From Alphaproteobacteria bacterium (lineage in GTDB: Bacteria > Pseudomonadota > Alphaproteobacteria > CALKHQ01), in contig CBDDFZ010000001.1 of the NCBI GenBank assembly GCA_965227515.1, positions 1,600,001-1,664,000 on the forward strand: DNA of 64,000 nt. The letters are read 5' to 3'. The position numbers were made by a program, and so were the translations under genes. Under the pieces are notes generated by a model that saw nothing but the letters and a program-made list of their open reading frames with translations, had not been told where the DNA came from and did no database searches. Shown in pieces: positions 1-9,718 of this stretch. How positions within the stretch are numbered: the first letter of the stretch is position 1; every line of letters begins with the position of its first letter.

Positions 1-60
1 TCGATCCTCCAGGCGATCAAGGCGGCCGGCGCGATGCAGGCCGAGCTGGAGGTGCGCTGA
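1..60 (+). CDS. flgI: Flagellar P-ring protein FlgI, C-terminal fragment (runs off the window start)
   Basis: Frame 1 reads SILQAIKAAGAMQAELEVR*, the typical FlgI C-terminus; lies directly before flgJ. Confidence 0.85.
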   Translation, partial: SILQAIKAAGAMQAELEVR

Positions 61-61
61 C

Positions 62-391
62 ATGGACAACGCGATCTTCGATCTGGTCGGCACCACCAGC
101 CCGGCGGCCCTGCGCGGCCTGCAAGCCGACAGCCCGGTGCCGACCCCGAAGCCGGGCGACGACGTGCACGAGGCGGCGGAGACCTTCGAGGCCTTCGTCC
201 TCGGCCAGTTCGTCGAGATCATGTTCCAAGGGGTGGACGACGACCCGCTGTTCGGCGGTGGCCAGGGTGCCGCGGTGTACCGGTCGCTGTTGCACCGGGA
301 GTACGCCAACCACATGGCCGCCAGCGGCGGCATCGGCATCGCCGATCAAGTTGCGGCAGAACTGCTGCGAGCACAGGAGACGAGTCAATGA
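62..391 (+). CDS. flgJ: Short rod-binding FlgJ (no muramidase domain)
   Basis: AAETFEAFVLGQFVEIM...FGGG...YRSLL...GGIGIADQV rod-binding motif; follows flgI. Confidence 0.8.
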   Translation: MDNAIFDLVGTTSPAALRGLQADSPVPTPKPGDDVHEAAETFEAFVLGQFVEIMFQGVDDDPLFGGGQGAAVYRSLLHREYANHMAASGGIGIADQVAAELLRAQETSQ

Positions 392-876
392 GCCAAGCCC
401 AGACAGCTGCCCAGCGCCAGCCAACCGCGCCCGAACCACACGCGTTGCAGCGCCAGCGCGCCCGGACCCTGATCTCGACGGCGGAACGGCTGAGCGACGT
501 TTTGTGCACCGAGGCCACGGCCCTGCGCGCCATGCGGTTTGACGACGCCGCCGAGCTCAACGTGGAGAAATCCACCCTGCTGGAGGTCTACGACCGCTGC
601 ATGAAGGATGTGGTGGCGGACGGCGGCCTGCCGGAGGTGGTGCTGGACATGGAGACCCGCAGCGCCCTGCGCCATGCCGGCGAGCGCCTGATCGACGTGA
701 CCCGCGACAGCGAGCGCACGATCAAGGCGATGCAGCAGGTGAACGAGCGCGTGCTGGCCGCGATCATCGACGCGGCGCGCGAACAGCGGGTGCAGAAAAC
801 CGGCTACGGCGCCAACGGCGTCAGCGCGGCGATGTCGGAGAACAAGGTCTCCCTGGCGCTGGACCGCAGCCTCTGA
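388..876 (+). CDS. FlgN/FlbY-like flagellar export chaperone
   Basis: Helical 162 aa protein between flgJ and flgK, ATGA overlap with flgJ, C-terminal GYG motif. Confidence 0.55.
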   Translation: MSQAQTAAQRQPTAPEPHALQRQRARTLISTAERLSDVLCTEATALRAMRFDDAAELNVEKSTLLEVYDRCMKDVVADGGLPEVVLDMETRSALRHAGERLIDVTRDSERTIKAMQQVNERVLAAIIDAAREQRVQKTGYGANGVSAAMSENKVSLALDRSL

Positions 877-948
877 CCTGCGACTTGTGACTGACTGCGC
901 GGCGGTCGGCCCCACACGGCCGCGCAAACATTTGCCCAGGAGGGAACG

Positions 949-2757
949 ATGTCATTGCAGTTGGCACTTCAATCGGCGCTGAGCGGACTGAACGTCGCGC
1001 AGGCTGGCCTGCAGGTCACGTCCAACAACATCGCCAACGTCAATACCGAGGGTTACACCAAGAAGTCGGTCGACCAGCAGTCGAATGCACTCGGCGGGCA
1101 GGGCGTCGGCGTCAAGCTGAACGCCGTCGGCCGCACGGTCGACCAGGTTCTGCTGACCCAGATTCGCGATCAGGCGGCCGTCACCGGCAAGCTGGACGTG
1201 ACGCGCCAGTTCCTGCAACTGGTCGAAAGCCAGTTCGGCCGCGTGTCCGACGACGCCTCGCTGGCCCACCGGGTCGGCGCTCTGGGCAATGCCGGCGAGG
1301 CGCTGGCAAACACGCCCGAGAGCAGCGAGCTGAGATTCTCGTTCGTCAACGAGGCCAAGCAGCTCGCGTTGCAGATCACCAACACCCACGCGCAGCTTCA
1401 GGATTCGCGGCTGAACGCCGACCGGCAGATCGAGTCCGCCGTCGGCGAGCTGAACACCCTTCTGAACGACGTCGCCAACCTGAACGTCCAGATCGCGCGG
1501 GCGATCGGCCTCAACCAGGACACCGCCGAGCTGGACGACCAGCGCGATCTGGCGCTGAAGGATATTTCCGAGCTGGTGGACATCGCCACGTTCACCCGGT
1601 CCAGCGGCGAGACGGTCATCATGACCACCAGCGGCAAGTCGCTGCTGGATGGTCCGTTCCGCAGCCTGTCGCACACCGCCGTCACCACCATGTCGTCGTC
1701 GATCTCCTACACAGCCGGCGGGTCGAGCACCGGCAACGGCACGGTCGACGGCATCTATATCGGGACTGCCGCCGTCACCTCCGACATCACCGGCGACATC
1801 TCCGGCGGCAAGCTGGGCGGGCTGATCGCCCTGCGCGACACCACGCTGCCCGCCCTGACCGCGCAGTTGGAGGAGTTCACCCAAGAGTTCCGTTACGCGA
1901 TCAACGCGCAGCACAACACCGGCACGGCGCTGCCTGCGCCCAACAGCCTGACCGGCCAGCTCACCGTTGCCGGGACCGATGCCCTGGGCACCGCGCGCAG
2001 CGGCACGTTCACCACCAGCATTCTGGATGCGAACGGCGCCGTGGTCGGCACCTGGACCAGCGCCGACCTCAGCACCTATGCCAACGTCAACGCGATGATC
2101 GCCGACTTCAACACCGCGCTCAGCCCGGCCACCGCGACGATGGCGATCAACACGGACGGCAAGCTCACAGTCACCGCCACGTCGTCCAGCAACGGCGTCG
2201 CCATCAACCAGGGCGACACGTCGGTCACGGCGGGCGGCCAGACCTATGGCGTGTCGCACTATTTCGGCCTGAACGACGTGTTCACGGTCAGCGGCGCCAC
2301 CGGCACGTCGGAATCGAGCACGCTCGCCGTGCGCGCCGACATCGTGAACGATCCGAACCTGCTGGCCCATGGCACGCTGGACGCGACCGCCACGGTGGGC
2401 GAGATCGCGCTGACCGCGGGCGACGGCTCGGCCATGACCCAGATCGCGGCGGCGTTCACGTCGACCACCACGTTCGATGCCGCGGGCGGCCAGCCGGCCA
2501 GTTCCAGCACATTCGAGACCTATGCCAGCGCCATCATCGGCTACACCGCCACCCTGGTCTCCGATGCGGACCGCGAATACACGTTCGCCGTCACCTACAG
2601 CGAGACGCTGGAGTTCCGGGCCACCAACCAATCCGGCGTCAATATCGACGAGGAACTGTCCAACATCGTGCTGCTGGAGAATGCCTACCAGGCATCGGCG
2701 CGCGTGCTGCAGGTCGCATCCGATATGCTCGAGATTCTGACCAACCTTGGCCGTTAG
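949..2757 (+). CDS. flgK: Flagellar hook-associated protein FlgK
   Basis: ALSGLNVAQAGLQVTSNNIANVNTEGY N-terminus and SGVNIDEELSN...AYQASARV C-terminus. Confidence 0.95.
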   Translation: MSLQLALQSALSGLNVAQAGLQVTSNNIANVNTEGYTKKSVDQQSNALGGQGVGVKLNAVGRTVDQVLLTQIRDQAAVTGKLDVTRQFLQLVESQFGRVSDDASLAHRVGALGNAGEALANTPESSELRFSFVNEAKQLALQITNTHAQLQDSRLNADRQIESAVGELNTLLNDVANLNVQIARAIGLNQDTAELDDQRDLALKDISELVDIATFTRSSGETVIMTTSGKSLLDGPFRSLSHTAVTTMSSSISYTAGGSSTGNGTVDGIYIGTAAVTSDITGDISGGKLGGLIALRDTTLPALTAQLEEFTQEFRYAINAQHNTGTALPAPNSLTGQLTVAGTDALGTARSGTFTTSILDANGAVVGTWTSADLSTYANVNAMIADFNTALSPATATMAINTDGKLTVTATSSSNGVAINQGDTSVTAGGQTYGVSHYFGLNDVFTVSGATGTSESSTLAVRADIVNDPNLLAHGTLDATATVGEIALTAGDGSAMTQIAAAFTSTTTFDAAGGQPASSSTFETYASAIIGYTATLVSDADREYTFAVTYSETLEFRATNQSGVNIDEELSNIVLLENAYQASARVLQVASDMLEILTNLGR

Positions 2758-2814
2758 AGCTCGATGACGTCCTCTGCCCCCCGTTCGACGGCATAAATCA
2801 AAAGGATTCGACCC

Positions 2815-3762
2815 ATGGTCGCCAGCCGTATCAGTACCTACGCCACGTCCCAGGCCAGCATCAGCCGCATGCTGGAAACCCGCCTGGAAGTGTTCCGGAA
2901 GCAGGAGCAGATCGCGTCCGGCAAGATCACACAGGAATATTCCGGCATCGCGTCGGAGACCCGGCGTCTGGTGTCGCTGGAGACCCAGTTCGCGCGGTCG
3001 GAGAAGTTCCAGAGCAACATCACCATCGTGCAACAGCGCGTCGAGTTGATGAACAACTCGGTCACGCAGATCTCCGACGCGGCCCGCGACCTGCGCAGCC
3101 TGCTGAGCTCGTCGGCCGCCGCCGACAAGGACAATTTCGAGATCGCGCTCGGCGTGCCGACCCAGGCGGCCAACGCGCGCGACTTCATCGTCGACCTGCT
3201 GAACGAGCGCGACGGCACCCGCTATCTGTTTGCCGGCGGACGCACCGACCAGCGGCCGGTCGACCTGAACAACGGCACCTACACCGCGCCGACCCCGCCG
3301 CCGTTCCCGGCCGCCGCCAACACCGACTACTACAGCGGCGGCAGCCAGGTCGCGAGTGTGCGCGCGGACGAGAACTTCACGGTGTCCTACGGCATCAACG
3401 CCGACAACCCGGCGTTCGAGAAGGTGATCCGCGCGTTCGACACCATCGCCAACCTGACGCTCTCCGACCCGCCGACGGCGGCAGAGCAGCAGGTGGCCAC
3501 AGATGCCCGCGACCTGCTGAACACGGCGATCGAGGAACTGCAGGCGCTGGAGAACAATCTGGCGGTCGACGCGCTCAGCCTGGCCAAGGCGCAGGAGCAG
3601 CACGACGTGTTCCAGCAGCGCGCGGAGGCGACCATCGCCGATATCGAGAACGTGGACACCGCCCAGGCCGTCGCCGAGCTGAACGCCGCCCAGCTTCAGT
3701 TGGAGGCGTCCTACACCACGCTGTCGCGGATCCAGAACCTCAGCCTGTTGAAGTTCTTGTAG
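2815..3762 (+). CDS. flgL: Flagellar hook-associated protein 3 FlgL
   Basis: QEQIASGK, RYLFAGGRTD, LEASY...LSLLKFL; follows flgK. Confidence 0.9.
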   Translation: MVASRISTYATSQASISRMLETRLEVFRKQEQIASGKITQEYSGIASETRRLVSLETQFARSEKFQSNITIVQQRVELMNNSVTQISDAARDLRSLLSSSAAADKDNFEIALGVPTQAANARDFIVDLLNERDGTRYLFAGGRTDQRPVDLNNGTYTAPTPPPFPAAANTDYYSGGSQVASVRADENFTVSYGINADNPAFEKVIRAFDTIANLTLSDPPTAAEQQVATDARDLLNTAIEELQALENNLAVDALSLAKAQEQHDVFQQRAEATIADIENVDTAQAVAELNAAQLQLEASYTTLSRIQNLSLLKFL

Positions 3763-3785
3763 GCGTTGCTGATTGCCAATACGTC

Positions 3786-3817
3786 GTAGCCCGGGTGGAG
3801 CGTAGCGCAACCCGGGG
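3786..3817 (+). repeat. GTAG-family REP upstream of RAYT
   Basis: GTAG-CCCGGGTGGAGCGTAGCGCAACCCGGG hairpin. Confidence 0.9.
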
Positions 3818-3853
3818 ATATTCTTCGGTCAGCTGGCTGGCTATCCTCGGTGG

Positions 3854-4381
3854 ATGGTTCGGTATCGCAGAAACCTCGTTCCCGGTGGCTCCTACTTTTT
3901 CACCGTGACCTTGCGGGACCGTCGGTCGAGCATTCTTGTCGACCAGATTGGCGCATTGCGAGATGCGTTCAGGGTTACGCGCGTCGCGCAACCATTCTCG
4001 GTCGACGCCATCGTTGTGTTGCCGGATCACATTCACACGGTGTGGACGCTTCCTGGAGGTGATGCCGATTACGCTGGGCGTTGGCGCCGTATCAAGGGCC
4101 GGTTCACATCACGGATAAAATCTCAGGAGGGGCAACTCGTGCCAAATGAACGGGGTGAGCATGCCCTCTGGCAGAGTCGGTTCTGGGAACACACAATTCG
4201 TGACGAGGACGACATGGAGAAGCACGTCGCCTACATCCACCACAATCCGGTGAAACACGGGCTGGTTCGACGCCCGTGCGACTGGCCGTATTCATCCTTT
4301 CATCACTACGTTCGCATGGGACATTTGCCGGCAGATTGGGCAACGGCGCCAGAGGGCCTGTCCGAGAGATTTGGCGAATAG
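3854..4381 (+). CDS. REP-associated tyrosine transposase (RAYT, Y1 HUH family)
   Basis: YRR...GGSYFFTV, VVLPDHIHTVW (HUH), LWQSRFWEHTIRDE, YIHHNPVKHGL, WPYSSF; flanked by inverted REPs. Confidence 0.95.
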   Translation: MVRYRRNLVPGGSYFFTVTLRDRRSSILVDQIGALRDAFRVTRVAQPFSVDAIVVLPDHIHTVWTLPGGDADYAGRWRRIKGRFTSRIKSQEGQLVPNERGEHALWQSRFWEHTIRDEDDMEKHVAYIHHNPVKHGLVRRPCDWPYSSFHHYVRMGHLPADWATAPEGLSERFGE

Positions 4382-4397
4382 CGGCTGGACGGGAATG

Positions 4398-4429
4398 CCC
4401 CGGGTTTCGTTTCACTTCACCCGGGCTAC
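4398..4429 (-). repeat. GTAG-family REP downstream of RAYT (inverted)
   Basis: CCCCGGGTTTCGTTTCACTTCACCCGGGCTAC. Confidence 0.9.
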
Positions 4430-4451
4430 GGTGCCGTGCCGTCGCATCCCC

Positions 4452-5561
4452 CTACCGCACCAGGTGCATGCGGTAGCGGATCATGAAGTCGGCGCCGGCC
4501 AGGCACATCACGATGGTCGCCTGGATCAGGCCGACAAGCGCCGTCGGCAAATTGTAGAACACCTGCAGCGACTGGCCGCCGACATAAAGCCCGCCAAACA
4601 GGAACGCGACCACCAGCACCAGCACCGGGTTGTTGCGGGCCAGGAACGCGATGACGATGCCGGAAAAGCCGTAGCCCGCCGCCATCGACGGGGTGAGGCG
4701 GAACTCCTGCGCCGCCGCCATCGCATAGCCGGCCAGCCCCGATAGCGCTCCCGAGGCCAGTACCGCGCCGAACACCACCAACGTCACCGGCACGCCGACC
4801 GCCAGCGACATGCGCGGGTTGGCGCCGACGAAGCGCATGTAGCGGCCGAAGCGGCTGGCGCTCATCAGCCACCAGATCACCAGTGTCGCCACCAGGGCGA
4901 CGATCAGGCCCGCGTCCACCCGCTGCCAGCCGAGCAGGGGCAGGCGCTCGAAGTCCTGGTACTGGGCGGTGCGCGGGAATTGCGCCGTCGGGTCCTGCCA
5001 GGCGCCGTAGACCAGGTGCTCCACGAACCTGAGCGCGACGTAGTTCAACAGCAGCGTGGTGATGATCTCGTTGACGCCGAGCCTGAGCTTCAGAAACGCC
5101 GGCACCACGGTCCACAAGGCACCGCCAATGATCGCGCCTGCCGCCATCAGCACGATGCGATAGGACGGGTCGCCGATGCCGTAGACGGTGAAGAACGTCG
5201 CCCCGATGACGCCGAAGAAGAACTGGCCCTCGATGCCGATGTTCCAGAACTGGACCCGGAAAGCGATGGCCGCCGACAGGCCGACCAGGGTCAGCGGGCC
5301 GGTCTCCACCAGCACGTTGCTGAGGCCGGCGGCGTCGAAGAAGGTGTAGCCGATGAACTCGTCGAACACGCCGCCGGGCGCCACGCCGGCGAGTGCCAGG
5401 ATGGCGAGCGAGATGCCGAGCCCGACCGCGATCGAGAGCGCGATCAAGAGCGCATGGTGCCAGAACGGCAAGCGTTGGCGCACCTCCAGCCGCAGACGGC
5501 GGCGCAGGCGCGGCTGGACCGTTGAGGATGCGGTGGGGGAGGGGCCGGCGGTCTCAGCCAT
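4452..5561 (-). CDS. ABC permease, BMP/nucleoside-type
   Basis: FWNIGIEGQ, GVNEIITTLLLNY, GYGFSGIVIAFLA motifs. Confidence 0.9.
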   Translation of the reverse strand: MAETAGPSPTASSTVQPRLRRRLRLEVRQRLPFWHHALLIALSIAVGLGISLAILALAGVAPGGVFDEFIGYTFFDAAGLSNVLVETGPLTLVGLSAAIAFRVQFWNIGIEGQFFFGVIGATFFTVYGIGDPSYRIVLMAAGAIIGGALWTVVPAFLKLRLGVNEIITTLLLNYVALRFVEHLVYGAWQDPTAQFPRTAQYQDFERLPLLGWQRVDAGLIVALVATLVIWWLMSASRFGRYMRFVGANPRMSLAVGVPVTLVVFGAVLASGALSGLAGYAMAAAQEFRLTPSMAAGYGFSGIVIAFLARNNPVLVLVVAFLFGGLYVGGQSLQVFYNLPTALVGLIQATIVMCLAGADFMIRYRMHLVR

Positions 5562-7050
5562 GGTCCACCATCAGTGCGCCGATGGCGTGGCGGTCCGCCG
5601 GCTGCTCGAACTCGCCGACGATGCGCCCGCGGGTCATCACGCCGATGCGGTCGGCCAGGTTCAGCACCTCGTCCAGATCCTCGCTGATCACCAGCACCGC
5701 GGCCCCGCCGTCGCGGGCGCGGCGCAAATGGTCGTGGATGGCGGTGCAGGCGCGCACGTCCAACCCACGGGTCGGCGAGTGGGCGACGATCACCCGCGCG
5801 CCCTCGTTCAGCTCGCGCGCCAGCACCAGCTTCTGGGCATTGCCGCCGGAGAGCAGGCCGGCCTTGATGGTCGGGCGCGCGCCCTGGATGTCGAAACCGG
5901 CGATGGCGGCCTCGGTGTCCGCCGTCATCGGCCGCCCACGGGTCCAGGCGATGTTGCCATAGCGGCCGCGCCGCATGCCGCCGACCGCGTAGTTTTCCCG
6001 AATGGTCAAATCGTTGGCGAGGCCGTCGCTCGACCGGTCGGCCGGCACGCTGACCAGCCCCAAGCGCCGCCGGCGGCGCGGGTCGGCGGCGGTCACGGCG
6101 GCGCGGTCGATGCGGATGTCGCCGGCGCGCGCCCGGCGGATGCCGGTCAGCGCCTCGGCCAGCTCGGTCTGTCCGTTGCCGCCGACACCGGCGACGGCAT
6201 AGATCTCGCCGGCACGCACGTTCAGGCTGAGCCCGTCGACAGTGACCGCGCCGTCGTCGCGGGCGACCTGCAGCCCCTCGACATCGAACAATACCTCGCC
6301 GATGGCGGTGGCCGCCTCGCGCTGGTCGGCCGGGCTGTCGCCGACCATCATCCGGGTCAGGTCGGCCGGGGTCAGGTCGCGCGCGCCCGCCGTCGCCACC
6401 GTGCGCCCGGCCCGCATCACCGTGACCTTGTCAGCGTATTTCGGCGCCTCGCGCAGCTTGTGGGTGATCAGCACCACCGCCCGGCCCTCGTCGGCCAACC
6501 CGCGCATGGTGGCGAGCAATCGGTCGGCCTCCTCGTCGGTCAAAACGGCGGTCGGCTCGTCCAGGATCAGGATGCGCGCGCCGGAGACCAGCACCTTCAC
6601 GATCTCCGCGCGCTGCTGCTCGGCGACGGAGATTTCGGAGACCTGCCGGTCGGGGTCGATATCGAAACGCAGCGCGTCGCTGAGGCGGGCGATCTCCGCC
6701 TTCACGTGGCGCAGGCCCTGGCGCCAGGAGCGCTGCGGGTTGGCCAGCATGATGTTCTCGGCCACGGTGAACGGGCCGACCAGCTTGAAGTGCTGGTGGA
6801 CCATGCCGATGCCCGCGTCCTTGGCCGCGTTGGGGCCGGAGAACGAGACCGGCGTGCCGTCGAGCCGCATGGTGCCCTCGTCGGGCGCGTAGAGGCCGCT
6901 CGCCACCGACATCAGCGACGACTTGCCGGCGCCGTTCTCGCCCAGTAACGCGTGAACCTCGCCCCAGGCGAGGTGGAAGCTGGCGTCATCCAGGATTCGG
7001 CGACCCTCGAACGCTTTCACGATGCCATCGAGGGCGAGTGCGGAGGTCAT
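5554..7050 (-). CDS. ABC ATP-binding protein (tandem, sugar/nucleoside type)
   Basis: GENGAGKS Walker A, ILILDEPT, LSGGNAQK; start placed at ATG 7050. Confidence 0.92.
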   Translation of the reverse strand: MTSALALDGIVKAFEGRRILDDASFHLAWGEVHALLGENGAGKSSLMSVASGLYAPDEGTMRLDGTPVSFSGPNAAKDAGIGMVHQHFKLVGPFTVAENIMLANPQRSWRQGLRHVKAEIARLSDALRFDIDPDRQVSEISVAEQQRAEIVKVLVSGARILILDEPTAVLTDEEADRLLATMRGLADEGRAVVLITHKLREAPKYADKVTVMRAGRTVATAGARDLTPADLTRMMVGDSPADQREAATAIGEVLFDVEGLQVARDDGAVTVDGLSLNVRAGEIYAVAGVGGNGQTELAEALTGIRRARAGDIRIDRAAVTAADPRRRRRLGLVSVPADRSSDGLANDLTIRENYAVGGMRRGRYGNIAWTRGRPMTADTEAAIAGFDIQGARPTIKAGLLSGGNAQKLVLARELNEGARVIVAHSPTRGLDVRACTAIHDHLRRARDGGAAVLVISEDLDEVLNLADRIGVMTRGRIVGEFEQPADRHAIGALMVDHG

Positions 7051-7136
7051 TCGGTGTTTCCACTCGCCGTCATGGGTGGACTTTGTCGGTCTTTGCCATC
7101 GAGACGTATATGTCCGCAACGAGTGCGTTCATTTCA

Positions 7137-7364
7137 CCTCTCCCCGCCGCGGAGCGGTGTGGGAGAGGAAGGGGCCCAGCCGCAGGCTGGGAAGGTGAGG
7201 GGCACGGCGCGACCGGTCGCAATCCGACGATGCCGAGGGCAAGGAAGTGACATTCTTGACCGCAAGACTGTGAAGACGCATCCAATGGAGCCGTGCCCTC
7301 ACCCTCCCGCAAACCTGCGGTTCGCGGGCCCCTCCCTCTCCCGCGCGTGCCGCTGGGAGAGGGG
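7137..7364. repeat. CCCTCACCC/CCTCTCCC-type inverted palindromic element
   Basis: CCTCTCCC...GGGAGAGG...GGGAAGGTGAGGGG mirrored by CCCTCACCCTCCC...CCTCTCCC...GGGAGAGGG; a partial copy lies near 18740. Confidence 0.7.
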
Positions 7365-7425
7365 AAACGCAGCCCTCGGCACAAGGCCGAGGGCGTCAGG
7401 TATTTCTCGAAGGCGCAGTCAGCAC

Positions 7426-8544
7426 CTATTCCAGGCTGCCGATCACGCCGTCGACGAGGTAGTCCATGCCCCACAGCGCGCCGTCGTCGGGGAACGCGCC
7501 TGCCGCGACCACTTCCTCGCCGGCCTGGTTCATGATCGGGCCGTCGAACACGTGCATCTCGCCGTTCACGATCTTCTCGCGCTCGGCCATCACCATGTCG
7601 ACCACGTCCTGCGGCACGGCGTCATTGCAGCACGCGATGTCGGTGCCGCCGTCGGCGATGCCCAGGAACGCGCCGTAGGGCGCGGTCTCCCAACCGCCGG
7701 CGACGATTTTCTCGATCTCCGGCGTCAGGTAGCGGTCCCACACCCAAGCCGACGAGCACAGGGTCGCTTCCGGCGCGAACTCGCTCATGTCGCGGTGGTG
7801 GCCGGTGCCGTAGACGCCGTTCTCCTGCGCCACGACCTGCGGGGTCGGCGTGTCGACATGCTGGCCGACGACGTCGATGCCCTGCTCGATCAGCGCCTGG
7901 GTCGCTGCGCGCTCCTGCACCGGGTCATACCAGGAGCCAGTGTAGACCACGGTGACGGTGGCGTCCGGGTTCACCTTGCGGGCGCCGAGCAGATAGGCGT
8001 TGACGGTCCAGGTGACCAGGCCCAGCGGGTAGGCGGCCACGAAGCCCAGCTTGTTGGTCTCGGTCATCGCGCCGGCGACCATGCCGCACAGATACTGGCT
8101 CTCATAGGTGCGGCCGTAGAACGACTGCAGGTTCGGCCCGTTGGTGGTGCCGGCGGGGTTCAGGAACGCGACCTCCGGATATTCCTCGCTCAGCTCCAGG
8201 AAGGCGTCGGAATAGCCGAACGCGCTGCCCAGGATGATGTTGGTGCCGCGCTGGATGTAGCGCTCGACCACCGGGCGGATGTCGGACGCGACTTCCGGCA
8301 CCTTCTCGGTGAACGGAATCTCGATGCCCAGCGCCTCTTCCATGCGCACCCTGGCTTCCTCCAGCGCCTGCACCCAGCCGCCGTCGTCGCGCACATTGAA
8401 ATAGACCCAGGCAACCTGCGGATCGCCCTCCAGGGTGAAGCCTTGCGCGCTCGCCGTGGTGGCCGCCGCGCCGATGGCCAATGCCGCCCCCAGCGTGGCC
8501 CCCAGCGCTGCCCCAACTGCCTTTACGCCGAATCTCGTCTGCAT
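7426..8544 (-). CDS. BMP-family ABC substrate-binding protein
   Basis: Signal peptide; DDGGW, GSAFGY, NAYLLGAR..NPDA, GSWYDP, QHVDT. Confidence 0.92.
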   Translation of the reverse strand: MQTRFGVKAVGAALGATLGAALAIGAAATTASAQGFTLEGDPQVAWVYFNVRDDGGWVQALEEARVRMEEALGIEIPFTEKVPEVASDIRPVVERYIQRGTNIILGSAFGYSDAFLELSEEYPEVAFLNPAGTTNGPNLQSFYGRTYESQYLCGMVAGAMTETNKLGFVAAYPLGLVTWTVNAYLLGARKVNPDATVTVVYTGSWYDPVQERAATQALIEQGIDVVGQHVDTPTPQVVAQENGVYGTGHHRDMSEFAPEATLCSSAWVWDRYLTPEIEKIVAGGWETAPYGAFLGIADGGTDIACCNDAVPQDVVDMVMAEREKIVNGEMHVFDGPIMNQAGEEVVAAGAFPDDGALWGMDYLVDGVIGSLE

Positions 8545-8626
8545 CCCCGTTCTCCCTCTCGCTCGCGGTACGGTCAACGCATCCAGACCCAGGATGCGTT
8601 TGACACGCCCGCCTGGACCCCCATAC

Positions 8627-8642
8627 TGCAAAATCCCTGCCA
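8627..8642 (-). promoter_or_regulatory. Putative sigma54 (-24/-12) promoter of the BMP ABC operon
   Basis: Minus strand TGGCAG-GGATT-TTGCA, about 80 bp upstream of the ATG. Confidence 0.65.
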
Positions 8643-8643
8643 G

Positions 8644-8660
8644 TATCCGGTATCTGGATA
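8644..8660. promoter_or_regulatory. Palindromic operator candidate (IclR?)
   Basis: TATCCG-N5-TGGATA between divergent genes; similar box at 12714-12730. Confidence 0.45.
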
Positions 8661-8754
8661 CGGCATTCGGATTGCGAGTATGGAAGCGAGCCGGCGCCCA
8701 TGTCAATTGGCGCCAATCGGCCCGCCAAAGCCAGGGATCGAGGACGGGCGCCAG

Positions 8755-9576
8755 ATGGGTGATGCGGCTAAGAACGGCCCGGGGGTCGGCGGTGCGGAGA
8801 GCCCGACCACGCTGAAGGGCGTGCACCGGGCGCTGCAGGTCATCGAGTACATCGCCGAGCATCCGGGGCGGGCGAGCGAACTGGCGGAGGGGTTGGGCAT
8901 CTCCTGGGCGACCATGCACCGCACCTTGTCGGCGCTGGAGAAGACCGGGTTCCTGGAGCGCGACACGGAGAGCAACCGCTACCACATCGGCCCGCGTATG
9001 TGGTTCATCGGCTCCACCTACCTGGCCCGCCACCCGGTGCTGCAAGTGGCGCACCCCTATCTCTCGGAACTGGCCATGCGCTGCGACGGCTCGGTGCAAC
9101 TGGTCGAGCGGCTGGGCCGGCAGGCGGTGACGCTCTATGCCCACACCGCCTCCGGCGAGGTGATCACCAAGTCGACCTATGGCCACCACTTCCCGCTGCA
9201 CTGCGGCTCAAAAGGGCAGGCATTGCTGGCGTTCGAGGCACCGGCTTTCGTCGAGGACTACCTCAACGGCCCGCTGGAGACCCTGACCGCCGAGACGATC
9301 ACCGACCCCAATGAGCTGCGCGACCGGCTGGCCGACATCCGCACCGCCGGCTTCGCGGTGACCGCGGGCGACGTGCAGCCCTTCACCGGATCGCTGTCGG
9401 CGCCGGTGTTCGACCGGTCCGGCAAGGTGGTGGCGGCGGTGTGCATCATCGTGCGCCGCGCGGTGCTGGAGGACGAGAAGCAGGCGGCCGAGTTGCAGGA
9501 CCGGGTCCAGAACGCCGCACAGTCGACCTCGATCGCGCTCGGCTGGGCCCCGCGCCCGGTAACGAGGGCGGGGTAG
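8755..9576 (+). CDS. IclR-family transcriptional regulator
   Basis: RALQVIEY..HTH (ATMHRTLSALE), PLHCGSKGQALLA, SAPVFDRSG. Confidence 0.93.
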   Translation: MGDAAKNGPGVGGAESPTTLKGVHRALQVIEYIAEHPGRASELAEGLGISWATMHRTLSALEKTGFLERDTESNRYHIGPRMWFIGSTYLARHPVLQVAHPYLSELAMRCDGSVQLVERLGRQAVTLYAHTASGEVITKSTYGHHFPLHCGSKGQALLAFEAPAFVEDYLNGPLETLTAETITDPNELRDRLADIRTAGFAVTAGDVQPFTGSLSAPVFDRSGKVVAAVCIIVRRAVLEDEKQAAELQDRVQNAAQSTSIALGWAPRPVTRAG

Positions 9577-9598
9577 AGGGACGCCCGTCCCCTCCCGT

Positions 9599-9697
9599 TG
9601 TCATCCTCGGCCGGAGCGAATGCGGAGTGCCGGGGATCCATTTCACGGATCGCGCGATAACCGGAATGGACCCTCGGCCTGACGGCCAAGGGTGACA
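9599..9697. repeat. GTCAT...TGAC palindromic repeat, family A
   Basis: TGTCATCCTCGGCC...GGATCCATT / AATGGACCCTCGG...GGGTGACA. Confidence 0.75.
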
Positions 9698-9718
9698 ATA
9701 TTGAATTTGCCTGGATCG

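Noticed and set aside
952-3810. 952-aa minus-strand ORF and similar long antisense ORFs (for example 31736-36181, 42938-45514)
   Set aside because: Shadow frames of high-GC genes on the opposite strand, with no recognisable motifs
6952-8754. N-terminal extension making IclR an 874-aa protein
   Set aside because: It is antisense to the BMP gene; IclR similarity starts at ATG 8755
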